A stretch of 64,000 nt of DNA, taken from Candidatus Poribacteria bacterium. GTDB taxonomy: Bacteria > Poribacteria > WGA-4E > WGA-3G. Shown here piece by piece: positions 8,264 to 17,044 of the stretch; positions within the stretch are counted from its first letter, which is position 1, and every line of letters starts with the position of its first letter. Both the position numbers and the translations under genes were made by a program. The stretch is from positions 1,050,227 to 1,114,226 of the forward strand of contig OZ244804.1 in NCBI GenBank assembly GCA_965220065.1, written 5' to 3'. Below the pieces are notes generated by a model. That model saw nothing but the letters and a program-made list of their open reading frames with translations. It was not told where the DNA came from and did no database searches.

Positions 8264-10345
8264 ATGTCCCGTCAAAATTACACCAAACGCATCAGGTTCT
8301 CAATCGGTTTTATTATCGGGATGTCGGTATGTATGTCTGCACCCGCTCTGGCGTTTATTACGTGCGCCCGGCATCACCCTGATTTCAACAGCATACTCGA
8401 CATGAACGTCTTGATGCATCGGATCCATGACACACATTGGGAAATTAATTACGGATTTCCTGAGACGTGTAATCACGACCACCACGCGGATCCCAGACAA
8501 CTAATAGAATTTGAAGAAGCGATGGAAACGGCTTTGCGAGTATGGTTACAACCCCTCCGTGAGATAGAAACCCAGCATCCTATCGTTGACAGTTTTAGTT
8601 TCAAACGCACCGAGTTAGACACTTGGGAGGAACTCACACCCGGACGCGTCGAGTTGATAGACATCAAGTTTGACTGTTCCTACGATGGTGTCATCTCGTA
8701 TGTGCGTTTCAAGAAAGATAGACGCGTAGGTGTCGTTATAGGTAATTTGAGATTCATGTCCCGTATCAACCCTAAGATGCCGATCCTCGTACATGAGTTG
8801 GGGCACGCTTTCGGTCTCGGAGATACCTACGTGCGTGATGGTGGTGCTTTCAAAAGCAGCGGTGGTCTTAAGGGTACCATCGGTATACAACCCGCTGCTA
8901 CCATGTGTATGGAATATAACACGCATCGTAAAAAATATCTTAGGGAAGACGACAAAAGGGGGATCGTGTGGCTCTATAAGGTCTTCTACGAAGACCTATC
9001 TATCACGGATCCTTATTTTTCAGACTACACCTTTGAAGAAGCCACTGGCGGGTTTCGACCGAAATATCCGATCCTCTTTGAACTCAAACAGGGATTTCAG
9101 GGTTATGCCATTGAAATCATAAAAGAGGATCCAAATATGGACATAAATGTTCGGGACGGCTCCGGACGCACGGCTCTTGATTATGCCGTTATAGACGAAT
9201 ACCTCGTTGTATTGTATACCTTATTATCACGTCCAGATCTCAAGGTTAACGCTACGAACAGTGACGGTTTCACCGCCCTGCATTTGGCGGTCAGTCATGG
9301 CTACGAAGCGGGGGTGGAGGCACTTTTGATCCACAAGAACATTAACGTCAACGCTGCAGACAAAGAAGGACGAACTCCACTCCACTTCGCCGCTGAGGCG
9401 GATGATTTGGCATTGACGAAAGCGTTATTACAGCATACCGAGATCAGGATACATATTCAAGATAACAGCGGATTCACGGCTTTAGATTATGCGGGCAAAT
9501 ATTTCGGCAATCACAACGGCACTCAGGTACTTGACGCGCTTTTCAACGGCGTAACGAACGCTAACGCAGACCCCGTCGCGGCTCCACCGCCTGAAGGCAT
9601 GGTGCGCATCCCCGCTGGCACGTTTCTGATGGGGAGCGAAGAAGGTCCCCTGCAACTGGTCTACGTCGACACGTTCTACATGGACGCGACCGAAGTCACC
9701 AACGCCCAGTTTAAGGCGTTCCTCATCGAGAACCCGGGCTGGCAAAAGGGGCGCGTTGGCTCACGGGTTGCGCACGCCGATTACCTGAAACACTGGACTG
9801 GAAATGACTACCCGAGCGAGAAGGCCGACCATCCTGTGACGCACGTCAGTTGGTATGCGGCGATGGCATACTCGCGGTGGGCAGGCAAACGTCTGCCGAC
9901 AGAGGCGGAGTGGGAGCGGGCGGCTCGAGGCGGTTTATGGTATGAAAAATATCCGTGGGGAGATACGATTACCCCCGAGGATGCCAACTACACTAAAAAT
10001 GTAAACGATACCACGGCAGTCGGACAGTATCCCGCGAACGGGTATGGTTTATATGATATGGCGGGTAACGCCTCGGAATGGTGTTTGGATGCATATGCCT
10101 CGAATTTCTACGACGATACTTTCTCCCGAAATGGGGTTGTCCGTAATCCCCTACGGAATGAGCACAGTATGAAGGGGTTAGTGAATAAATTTACAAATGT
10201 TGATTCTTGGTCTCGCCGCGTCGTGCGCGGCGGCTCCTGGACCCATTTTAAGTTGTTCTTGGAGGTTGGCGAACGCGACTCCAATCCGCCTTCGGTCTCG
10301 CCCAACAACACCGGATTCCGTTGTGTGAAGGATGTAACCCCTTAA
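8264..10345 (+). CDS. Secreted zinc metallopeptidase (metzincin-like) + ankyrin repeats + C-terminal FGE/CLec domain
   Basis: Signal peptide; HELGHAFGLGD zinc motif; GRTALDYA/GFTALHLA/GRTPLHFA ankyrins; RLPTEAEWERAARGG ... GFRCVKDVTP. Confidence 0.88.
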   Translation: MSRQNYTKRIRFSIGFIIGMSVCMSAPALAFITCARHHPDFNSILDMNVLMHRIHDTHWEINYGFPETCNHDHHADPRQLIEFEEAMETALRVWLQPLREIETQHPIVDSFSFKRTELDTWEELTPGRVELIDIKFDCSYDGVISYVRFKKDRRVGVVIGNLRFMSRINPKMPILVHELGHAFGLGDTYVRDGGAFKSSGGLKGTIGIQPAATMCMEYNTHRKKYLREDDKRGIVWLYKVFYEDLSITDPYFSDYTFEEATGGFRPKYPILFELKQGFQGYAIEIIKEDPNMDINVRDGSGRTALDYAVIDEYLVVLYTLLSRPDLKVNATNSDGFTALHLAVSHGYEAGVEALLIHKNINVNAADKEGRTPLHFAAEADDLALTKALLQHTEIRIHIQDNSGFTALDYAGKYFGNHNGTQVLDALFNGVTNANADPVAAPPPEGMVRIPAGTFLMGSEEGPLQLVYVDTFYMDATEVTNAQFKAFLIENPGWQKGRVGSRVAHADYLKHWTGNDYPSEKADHPVTHVSWYAAMAYSRWAGKRLPTEAEWERAARGGLWYEKYPWGDTITPEDANYTKNVNDTTAVGQYPANGYGLYDMAGNASEWCLDAYASNFYDDTFSRNGVVRNPLRNEHSMKGLVNKFTNVDSWSRRVVRGGSWTHFKLFLEVGERDSNPPSVSPNNTGFRCVKDVTP

Positions 10346-10437
10346 ATCTTTACCTCAACTTTAGAACATCTTCACAGCGGATGCAGCCGAAATTAGGAAG
10401 AATACCACGGTTATAGGCAGCTTAGGTTATTAAAAAC

Positions 10438-10483
10438 GCCCGATTTCGTGCAGTCGCGTCTAAAAAATGCCCAATTTTGTGCG
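10438..10483 (+). promoter_or_regulatory. Tandem putative enhancer-binding-protein sites (UAS)
   Basis: GCCCGATTTCGTGCAG (10438) and GCCCAATTTTGTGCG (10469), 31-bp period; same motif as 8017-8062. Confidence 0.65.
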
Positions 10484-10535
10484 ATGCGTTCTCTAAGTTT
10501 TGTAGAAAACGCCGTCAGTATAGGAGTGTTCAAAT

Positions 10536-10551
10536 TGGCACCGAACTTGCT
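10536..10551 (+). promoter_or_regulatory. Sigma-54 (-24/-12) promoter
   Basis: TGGCAC-CGAAC-TTGCT, exact consensus spacing, 54 nt before ATG 10606. Confidence 0.8.
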
Positions 10552-10605
10552 AAATCCAAATAGCGTGAGTTCAATATCAAACAGAAACACATAAGGAGCG
10601 TTCCC

Positions 10606-13530
10606 ATGAAAAAGCGTTTCGCGATCTTCTCAATAGTGCTCACCGGCTTACTTACGATTTCTCTCAACAGCTGCGAGAAGCGAGTGACACACCAAGAAAC
10701 AGTAGAAAATGAAACCGAGTGGATGCCCGACGAGCATCTCAGGGCGGCAGTGCGAAACGCCCTCGAACTCGATCCGGATGCCTCGCTCACGCCACAGGCG
10801 TTAGAGAAGTTGACGGAATTGTATGCTCCCCGGCGAGGGATAAGCTCCCTGAAAGGATTAGCGTATGCAACGAAATTGGAGGTGTTGGATCTCAGCACTA
10901 ATGTGATAAGTGATCTCACACCCTTGGCAAACTTAACGGAATTACAGAGGTTAGATCTCAGCGGTAATGATATAAGTGATCTCACACCCTTGGCAAACTT
11001 GACGGGATTACAAGAGTTAGATCTCATGATGAATCCAATTCAGGATGTAACGGTCCTGTACACGCTCCGTCATCCAAATTTAATCCTACATAGCCCGATT
11101 CTGCTACCTGAGCCAGGGTTAATGCCGGACGGTTTTTTAGCACAGAATGTGCGAAATGCTCTCGGTTTGGCTCCGGGGAGCCCCTTCACGTCGGAGGCAC
11201 TGCAAGGATTAACGAAGTTGTATATTTCTCCGGGTGTAACGGACCTCACAGGGTTGGAACACGCGACACGATTGCAGGCGTTATCTCTTGTTAGTAGTGA
11301 GATAAAGGATTTCACGCCGCTGGAAAGTTTGGCGGGATTGCAGGCGTTATCTCTTGGTGGTGAGATAAAGGATCTCACGCCGCTGGCGATTTTGACGGGA
11401 TTGCGGGAATTAGCTGTCCGGAGTAATGAGATAAGTGATTTCACGCCGCTGGCACACTTGACGAAATTACAGAAATTGAATCTCAACAGAAGTCAGTTTG
11501 TAGATATAACGCCGTTGGCACGTTTAACGGAATTGCAGGTGTTAATCCTCACTTCTAATGGGATGAAGGATATCACACCCTTGGCAAACTTGACGAAATT
11601 GCAGAAGTTAGATATCCGCTATAATGAGATCAATGACATCACACCGCTGGTGAACTTGACGGAATTGCAGGAGTTAAGTCTCGGCCGGAATCGGATCGAT
11701 GACATCACGGCGTTAGCAAACTTGACGAAATTGCGGGAGTTGAGTCTTCAGGAAAGTTCGGTGGTAAATATAACGCCCTTGGCAAACTTGACGGAATTGC
11801 AGGAATTATTTCTCCGCTATAGCGAGATCGATGACATCACGGCGTTAGCAAACTTGACGAAATTGCAGAGGTTGGGTCTTGAGGACAATCAGATTATAGA
11901 TATAACGCCACTGTCTAACTTGACAGAATTACAGTATCTAGATCTTGCGGATAATGAAATCGATGACATCACGGCGTTAGCAAACTTGATGGAATTACAG
12001 AAGTTAGAACTTGCGGATAATGAAATCGATGACATCACGATGTTAGCAAACTTGACGAAATTGCGGGAGTTAAATATCCGCTCTAATCGGATCGATGACA
12101 TCACGGCGTTAGCAAACTTGACGGGATTACAGAAGTTAAGCCCCCAAGGCAATCAGATTGTGGATATAACGCCACTCGCAAACTTGAGGGAGTTGCAGGA
12201 ATTAGAACTTTGGCGAAATCAGATACATGACATCACGCCACTATCAAATTTGAGGGGGTTGCAGAAGTTGGATCTGCAGGACAATCGGGTTGTAGATATA
12301 ACGCCACTATCAAACTTGACGAGATTGCGGGTGTTATCTCTCCACAACAATGAGATAAAGGATCTCACACCGCTATCAGACTTGAGAGGATTGCAAAGGT
12401 TATTTCTCGGTGGTAATGAGATACATGATCTCACACCCCTGTCTGACTTGACGGGATTGCAGAGGCTATCTCTCGGTGGTAATGAGATAAAGGATCTCAC
12501 ACCCCTATCAGATTTGAGGAGACTGCAGGAGTTGAGACTCCACGGCAATCAGGTTGTAGATATAACGCCATTGGCAAAATTGATGGAATTGCAGGAGTTA
12601 GAGCTGTGGGGCAATCAGATAAGCGATAGCAGTGTTCTTGCACAGCTGAAAAACTTGGAGGTGCTGCGTATCCAAGCGAATCCTATCCAAGATATAATAC
12701 CCCTCCGGACACTCCTTGAAAGCGATCCGAAAATGACGATAGATGTTGGATTCATAGGTGCGTCTCCGTGTCCACTAATGTATTGGATAGATACACGCAA
12801 TGGCACGCTTCATTGCCGCATCGGTGACACCGTAGTGAACCCCTTTCCAAACACCCAAAACGCAACAAACCTTGCCCTAAATGGTTTTGACTACTATTGG
12901 ACTGAAAAAACGGACGATCACACATGGAGGATCCGATACTCACATGGACGGGTCGGACATTATTGGGGAGTTCGTGGGGTGGAATTAACGGACACACCCA
13001 TGGGAATGGCGATCGCTGATCGTAAAGTTTATGTGTCAGTGGCATCGGGGAAGATTCAGCGGTTCGGTATTTACGGTTCTGACTTCGAACCCGATTTCAT
13101 CACGGGGTTGGCTTCACCGAAGCATCTGGTGGCGGATACAGGCAGAGAGAAACTCTATTGGACGGAGGAAACGACGGATGGCATATGGCAGATCCGATGT
13201 GCGGCACTTGACGGGTCAAACGTTCAATCGGTCAGGGCGTTAGAGAGTGCGCCGCTCGGACTTGCGATTGACGTTGTCGCAGGTCAGCTCTACGTATCAG
13301 TGGCTGCGGGTAAGATTCAGCAGCTCCGGGTTGATGGTTCCGACTTTCAACCCGATTTCATTACCGGCTTGGCTGCGCCGGGGAGCATTGATGTGGATGT
13401 CGGAGATGGTAAGTTATATTGGACAGACGGGGATAGCATCTGGCGTGCGTCCCTCACGGGTGAGCACATTGAGCGTGTCCTCACAGGCTTAGGCATGCCT
13501 ATCCACTTAGTTCTGAACGTATCACCCTAA
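10606..13530 (+). CDS. LRR lipoprotein with C-terminal LDL-receptor class B (YWTD-like) beta-propeller
   Basis: Lipobox-like LNSC; two N-caps; ~25 LRRs; MYWID, YYWTE, LYWTE, LYWTD repeats. Confidence 0.88.
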   Translation: MKKRFAIFSIVLTGLLTISLNSCEKRVTHQETVENETEWMPDEHLRAAVRNALELDPDASLTPQALEKLTELYAPRRGISSLKGLAYATKLEVLDLSTNVISDLTPLANLTELQRLDLSGNDISDLTPLANLTGLQELDLMMNPIQDVTVLYTLRHPNLILHSPILLPEPGLMPDGFLAQNVRNALGLAPGSPFTSEALQGLTKLYISPGVTDLTGLEHATRLQALSLVSSEIKDFTPLESLAGLQALSLGGEIKDLTPLAILTGLRELAVRSNEISDFTPLAHLTKLQKLNLNRSQFVDITPLARLTELQVLILTSNGMKDITPLANLTKLQKLDIRYNEINDITPLVNLTELQELSLGRNRIDDITALANLTKLRELSLQESSVVNITPLANLTELQELFLRYSEIDDITALANLTKLQRLGLEDNQIIDITPLSNLTELQYLDLADNEIDDITALANLMELQKLELADNEIDDITMLANLTKLRELNIRSNRIDDITALANLTGLQKLSPQGNQIVDITPLANLRELQELELWRNQIHDITPLSNLRGLQKLDLQDNRVVDITPLSNLTRLRVLSLHNNEIKDLTPLSDLRGLQRLFLGGNEIHDLTPLSDLTGLQRLSLGGNEIKDLTPLSDLRRLQELRLHGNQVVDITPLAKLMELQELELWGNQISDSSVLAQLKNLEVLRIQANPIQDIIPLRTLLESDPKMTIDVGFIGASPCPLMYWIDTRNGTLHCRIGDTVVNPFPNTQNATNLALNGFDYYWTEKTDDHTWRIRYSHGRVGHYWGVRGVELTDTPMGMAIADRKVYVSVASGKIQRFGIYGSDFEPDFITGLASPKHLVADTGREKLYWTEETTDGIWQIRCAALDGSNVQSVRALESAPLGLAIDVVAGQLYVSVAAGKIQQLRVDGSDFQPDFITGLAAPGSIDVDVGDGKLYWTDGDSIWRASLTGEHIERVLTGLGMPIHLVLNVSP

Positions 13531-13563
13531 GCAGACATTGCACCGGTAAACGACGGGTGTTTA

Positions 13564-13794
13564 TCAAACTTCCGAAAGCAGCCGAAGGTATTGCTCTCTG
13601 CTCATGCCAACAGTTCGCATATTATTTCTGATAACGGTAATCGGGATCTCATCATAACGCGGAATGACGACAGCGCGTTTGGCATCAGGATGGTGATAGA
13701 TAAGATGTGACCCTTTTTGCCTCACATAAAGACACCCAAATTTTTCAAAAATCCTAACTTGGGTGCGCCAGTCTGTCGGCGACAGTTTCGACAT
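13564..13794 (-). CDS. hicA: HicA-family mRNA interferase toxin
   Basis: 76 aa, RQKGSH motif, VVIPRY..I....IRN. Confidence 0.85.
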   Translation of the reverse strand: MSKLSPTDWRTQVRIFEKFGCLYVRQKGSHLIYHHPDAKRAVVIPRYDEIPITVIRNNMRTVGMSREQYLRLLSEV

Positions 13795-14078
13795 TAAAAC
13801 GCTCCGAGAGGGACGGTCCGCTGATTAAAGGCAACTACGTGTTTATCAAGTTGAAGCGTGGATTCTGACGTATTCAAATCGTAACCTGCATCTTCTAAAA
13901 ATGCCTTGAGTGTCCCGAGCGTCGCGGCTTCTTCCAGATGTATTTCGATGACTTCAAGGAGGTTTTTTCGTGCGTCTTCAATGTCCGTTCCGCAGCTCAC
14001 AACATCCAGTTCTGGACAGTAAGCGGTGTACATGTTACCCTCTTTCCAGATTTCTTCCGTTACCACAAGGTTCTTCAT
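13794..14078 (-). CDS. hicB: Short HicB-family antitoxin (no obvious DNA-binding domain)
   Basis: YTAYCPELDVVSCGTDIEDARKNLLEVIE; 1-nt overlap with hicA. Confidence 0.85.
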   Translation of the reverse strand: MKNLVVTEEIWKEGNMYTAYCPELDVVSCGTDIEDARKNLLEVIEIHLEEAATLGTLKAFLEDAGYDLNTSESTLQLDKHVVAFNQRTVPLGAF

Positions 14079-14209
14079 CCTAACCTCCAGATATAAGTTG
14101 GAATTGTTCAGAATATTAATAGAGTATACACGAAAAATTTTGAAAAAGCAAAAGATATTTGAGGAATTCTATTGATGCAAAGCAGGCAATTCAGAGAAAG
14201 GAGAACAAA

Positions 14210-14605
14210 ATGACACGAAAAACGCTTGTAATCAGCCTAATCCCTGCACTGTGCGCCCTATTTTTCATGAGAGCTGCCCCCGCCGAGGTCGTCTACATCC
14301 CGGATGCAGACCTCCGGGCAGCGATTCTCAAGAAACTCAATAAACCCAACCCCAAAGCCGCCATCACGAAAGCGGATATGCTACAACTGACGGAGTTACG
14401 GCTCAAGGATGTCAACTTTTCCACGCTCATGGGCCTGGAACACGCCACAAATCTGACAACACTTTATCTCAGCTGGGATGACGCAGTGTCTCCCATGGAA
14501 CGGTTCAACTACACCTCGGATGTGGCACCACTCACAAACTTGACACACAGGCGAAACACCACTATCAGGCAGTCAATAAAATGGGGCGTGAAGTCACTGA
14601 CTTAG
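14210..14605 (+). pseudogene. Truncated LRR gene (3234-type N-terminus) joined out of frame to a TPR gene
   Basis: Highly similar to gene 3234 up to ~14547, then similarity ends abruptly. Confidence 0.7.
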
Positions 14606-15453
14606 ATCCGGAGAATGCTTCGGGGTGGAGAACCCGCGGGGTCGCGACGTTGAGGCTTGGTGTATCGGCGGCTCACAAGGGCAATCAGGAACAGGCACAA
14701 CGCCACTATAACGACAGTCTTGAAGCCTATAGTCAAGCCATTGCTTTAGACGCAGAAAATCCCGCCGCCTACGCCTCGCGTGCAGACGTGCATATCTACG
14801 CCGGCATTTTGGAAATGACCAGAGCCAATTTCGAGCAGGCACACCACCACTATCAGGCAGCGATTCAGGATTCGAGTCAAGCCACGCGCATGGCACCAAC
14901 GATGGAGTATGCCCTCTTCTTTTCCCTTGGACTCAACGCGGCGTATATCAAGTTGGGGGACGCTGAAGTTGCCTTGGGAAATATTCAAGAGGCCCAAAGC
15001 CATTACCAGTTAGCTATTGAGAGCCTTGGGGCAATCACGTTCCTCGGTCAAGGGGCTATTGCAGGTGATGCTGCGTATGAGCATCTCGCCGCAGGGAAAC
15101 TCAAACTCGGTGAATCTCATGCACGCTTGGGAAATGTTCAGCAAGCCGAACAGCACTATCGTGAGGCACTCGAGGATTGTCGGCAAACGATTGCTTTATT
15201 TCCGAAGCAGGCGAAGGCTTTCTACATACAAGGTCGCGTAAAAGCGGCACTTTCGGACTACACGGGTGCTATTGCGGACTTCGAGCGTGTGATTGCCATC
15301 AAGCCTGACTATGCGCTTGCGTATTATGCCCAAGGGCTCGCAAAACAGGCATTAGGGCAAGACGATGCCGCAGAATTCGACTTTGCGAAAGCACGCGTGC
15401 TCAACCCGGATATCGATAAGTTATACCCTTTCAGTCACGGCGGAGAAGAATGA
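14548..15453 (+). CDS. TPR repeat protein, probably 5'-truncated (first ATG 14581)
   Basis: Repeated A..HY..A / AYY..G.A...LG....A..DF..A..L.P units; TPR frame continues upstream of the ATG as QAKHHYQAVNK. Confidence 0.75.
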   Translation, partial: QAKHHYQAVNKMGREVTDLDPENASGWRTRGVATLRLGVSAAHKGNQEQAQRHYNDSLEAYSQAIALDAENPAAYASRADVHIYAGILEMTRANFEQAHHHYQAAIQDSSQATRMAPTMEYALFFSLGLNAAYIKLGDAEVALGNIQEAQSHYQLAIESLGAITFLGQGAIAGDAAYEHLAAGKLKLGESHARLGNVQQAEQHYREALEDCRQTIALFPKQAKAFYIQGRVKAALSDYTGAIADFERVIAIKPDYALAYYAQGLAKQALGQDDAAEFDFAKARVLNPDIDKLYPFSHGGEE

Positions 15454-15471
15454 GATTGAAGGAGGAATCCC

Positions 15472-16032
15472 ATGCAACTAAAAAAGACCCAACTTTATAT
15501 CGTTCTGATGTTCGCGGTGGTCCCTAATTATGTGTTCGCGTCCTTCTCCCTAAAGAAAACCTATACCTTACGAGAATCCCAAAAGGACGTAAAGTGGCTG
15601 TTTGACCGCCGTGTTTTTAAACTTGACGCAGCGGAGGTATACTCTCTGCACGGCAACCCCTGGAAGAAGACCTATACTTTCCGTGGTAGATATAGTGATT
15701 GTGAGGCAGATCATTCTGACAATTTCCGCGGTAGATACTTATGGTGTCCGGTAAATCATTTCAAGTATACCCGCAACTACACTCAGTGTTTTGTTTGTAA
15801 TTATAGCTTCAGGGAACATTTTCATTGGACGCAGAAGAAATTTTTTGTAGAAGGGATCGGTCAATTTGACAGCAGCAAAAATGCCGCGAGACCGTACGTC
15901 TCAAAAATCCTCGGAGAAGGCTTAGAACGGATGGGTCGATGGAAGACATCCACCGTGCGCTTGCACACGGATTTTAATCCTAACTTTCGGGTCCAGTGTT
16001 ATCACAGCGGGTGTGTAATAGGTTTTCCATAA
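15472..16032 (+). CDS. Secreted Cys-rich hypothetical protein (copy 2)
   Basis: GGAGGAATCCC-ATG; near-identical to 1715-2275. Confidence 0.8.
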   Translation: MQLKKTQLYIVLMFAVVPNYVFASFSLKKTYTLRESQKDVKWLFDRRVFKLDAAEVYSLHGNPWKKTYTFRGRYSDCEADHSDNFRGRYLWCPVNHFKYTRNYTQCFVCNYSFREHFHWTQKKFFVEGIGQFDSSKNAARPYVSKILGEGLERMGRWKTSTVRLHTDFNPNFRVQCYHSGCVIGFP

Positions 16033-16153
16033 TCTGCGGCGTCGAGGAAACCCCTTGTAGCGTCCACTCTTCAGATGTCAACCCTCAACACTGCTATTCG
16101 GCGCGCATTTCAACCTTGTCTAAGTTCTGAAGAAATACATCAGGAGTATTTGT

Positions 16154-17032
16154 ATGAAAAAATGTTTAGTGTTCTTCTCAATAGTGATCATCGGTTTGCT
16201 GGTTTCCCTATCTCTCAGCGGCTACCACAGACCAGCAACAAACGGCGACAATTTACGGACATCCCCCGAAGGCATGGTACTGATTCCTGCCGGCGAGTTC
16301 TTGATGGGGAGCAACGATGCAGAGTCGAACAACAATGAACAGCCCGTGCGCACCGTTTACATTGATGCCTTCTATATGGATAAAACTGAAGTCACCAACG
16401 CACAATATAAGGCGTTCCTCATTGAGAACCCGCGCTGGCAGAAAGAACGCGTTCGTTCAACATTCGTCCATCCCAACTATCTGCAACATTGGAATGGGAA
16501 CAACTATCCGAGTGGGAAGGGCGACCATCCGGTGCATTATGTGAATTGGTATGCGGCGAGGGCGTATGCCAAATGGGCAGGGAAACGTTTACCAACCGAG
16601 GCACAATGGGAATACGCTGCCCGCGGGGGTTTAGCCGGTAAGAAGTACCCGAACGGGAATATGATCACAGCACAGGATGCAAACTACGATAGGAATATTA
16701 ACCATACAACGGCAGTGGGGCGATATCCATCGAACGGGTATGGTTTATACGATATGGCGGGTAACGTCTGGGAATGGTGTCTGGATGAATACGACGAGGA
16801 TTTCTACGATACCTTCCCGCGAAATGGGGTTGTTCGCAACCCGCTATCGCGTGCGAGCAGTCTGACGCGGTTAATAAGAAAAGTGGGTAATATTGAGGTT
16901 CCCCGCGTCTTGCGCGGCGGGTCCTGGCGCCCTGCAGCAGGAGGCGTGCGCGTCGCACTGCGCGTCGACGCCATGCCTTCGCACTGGGCCACCACCTTCG
17001 GTTTTCGGTGTGTGAAGGATGTAACCCCTTGA
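16154..17032 (+). CDS. Exported FGE-sulfatase/CLec domain protein; candidate DGR target
   Basis: PEGMVLIPAGEFLMGS, RLPTEAQWEYAARGG, RVLRGGSW...GFRCVKDVTP. Confidence 0.9.
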   Translation: MKKCLVFFSIVIIGLLVSLSLSGYHRPATNGDNLRTSPEGMVLIPAGEFLMGSNDAESNNNEQPVRTVYIDAFYMDKTEVTNAQYKAFLIENPRWQKERVRSTFVHPNYLQHWNGNNYPSGKGDHPVHYVNWYAARAYAKWAGKRLPTEAQWEYAARGGLAGKKYPNGNMITAQDANYDRNINHTTAVGRYPSNGYGLYDMAGNVWEWCLDEYDEDFYDTFPRNGVVRNPLSRASSLTRLIRKVGNIEVPRVLRGGSWRPAAGGVRVALRVDAMPSHWATTFGFRCVKDVTP

Positions 17033-17044
17033 GTCTTTGCGGCT

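Noticed and set aside
11690-12510. CRISPR-like periodic repeats (66-nt period)
   Set aside because: They are in-frame LRR coding units, the spacers are homologous, and no cas genes are present
3285-12806. Many long antisense ORFs over LRR genes (e.g. 4079-4909, 6649-7215, 10530-11027)
   Set aside because: Shadow frames caused by repetitive LRR codon usage; no RBS or recognisable domains
575-17044. Integron cassette array
   Set aside because: No integrase, and intergenic segments lack a consistent RYYYAAC...GTTRRRY attC structure
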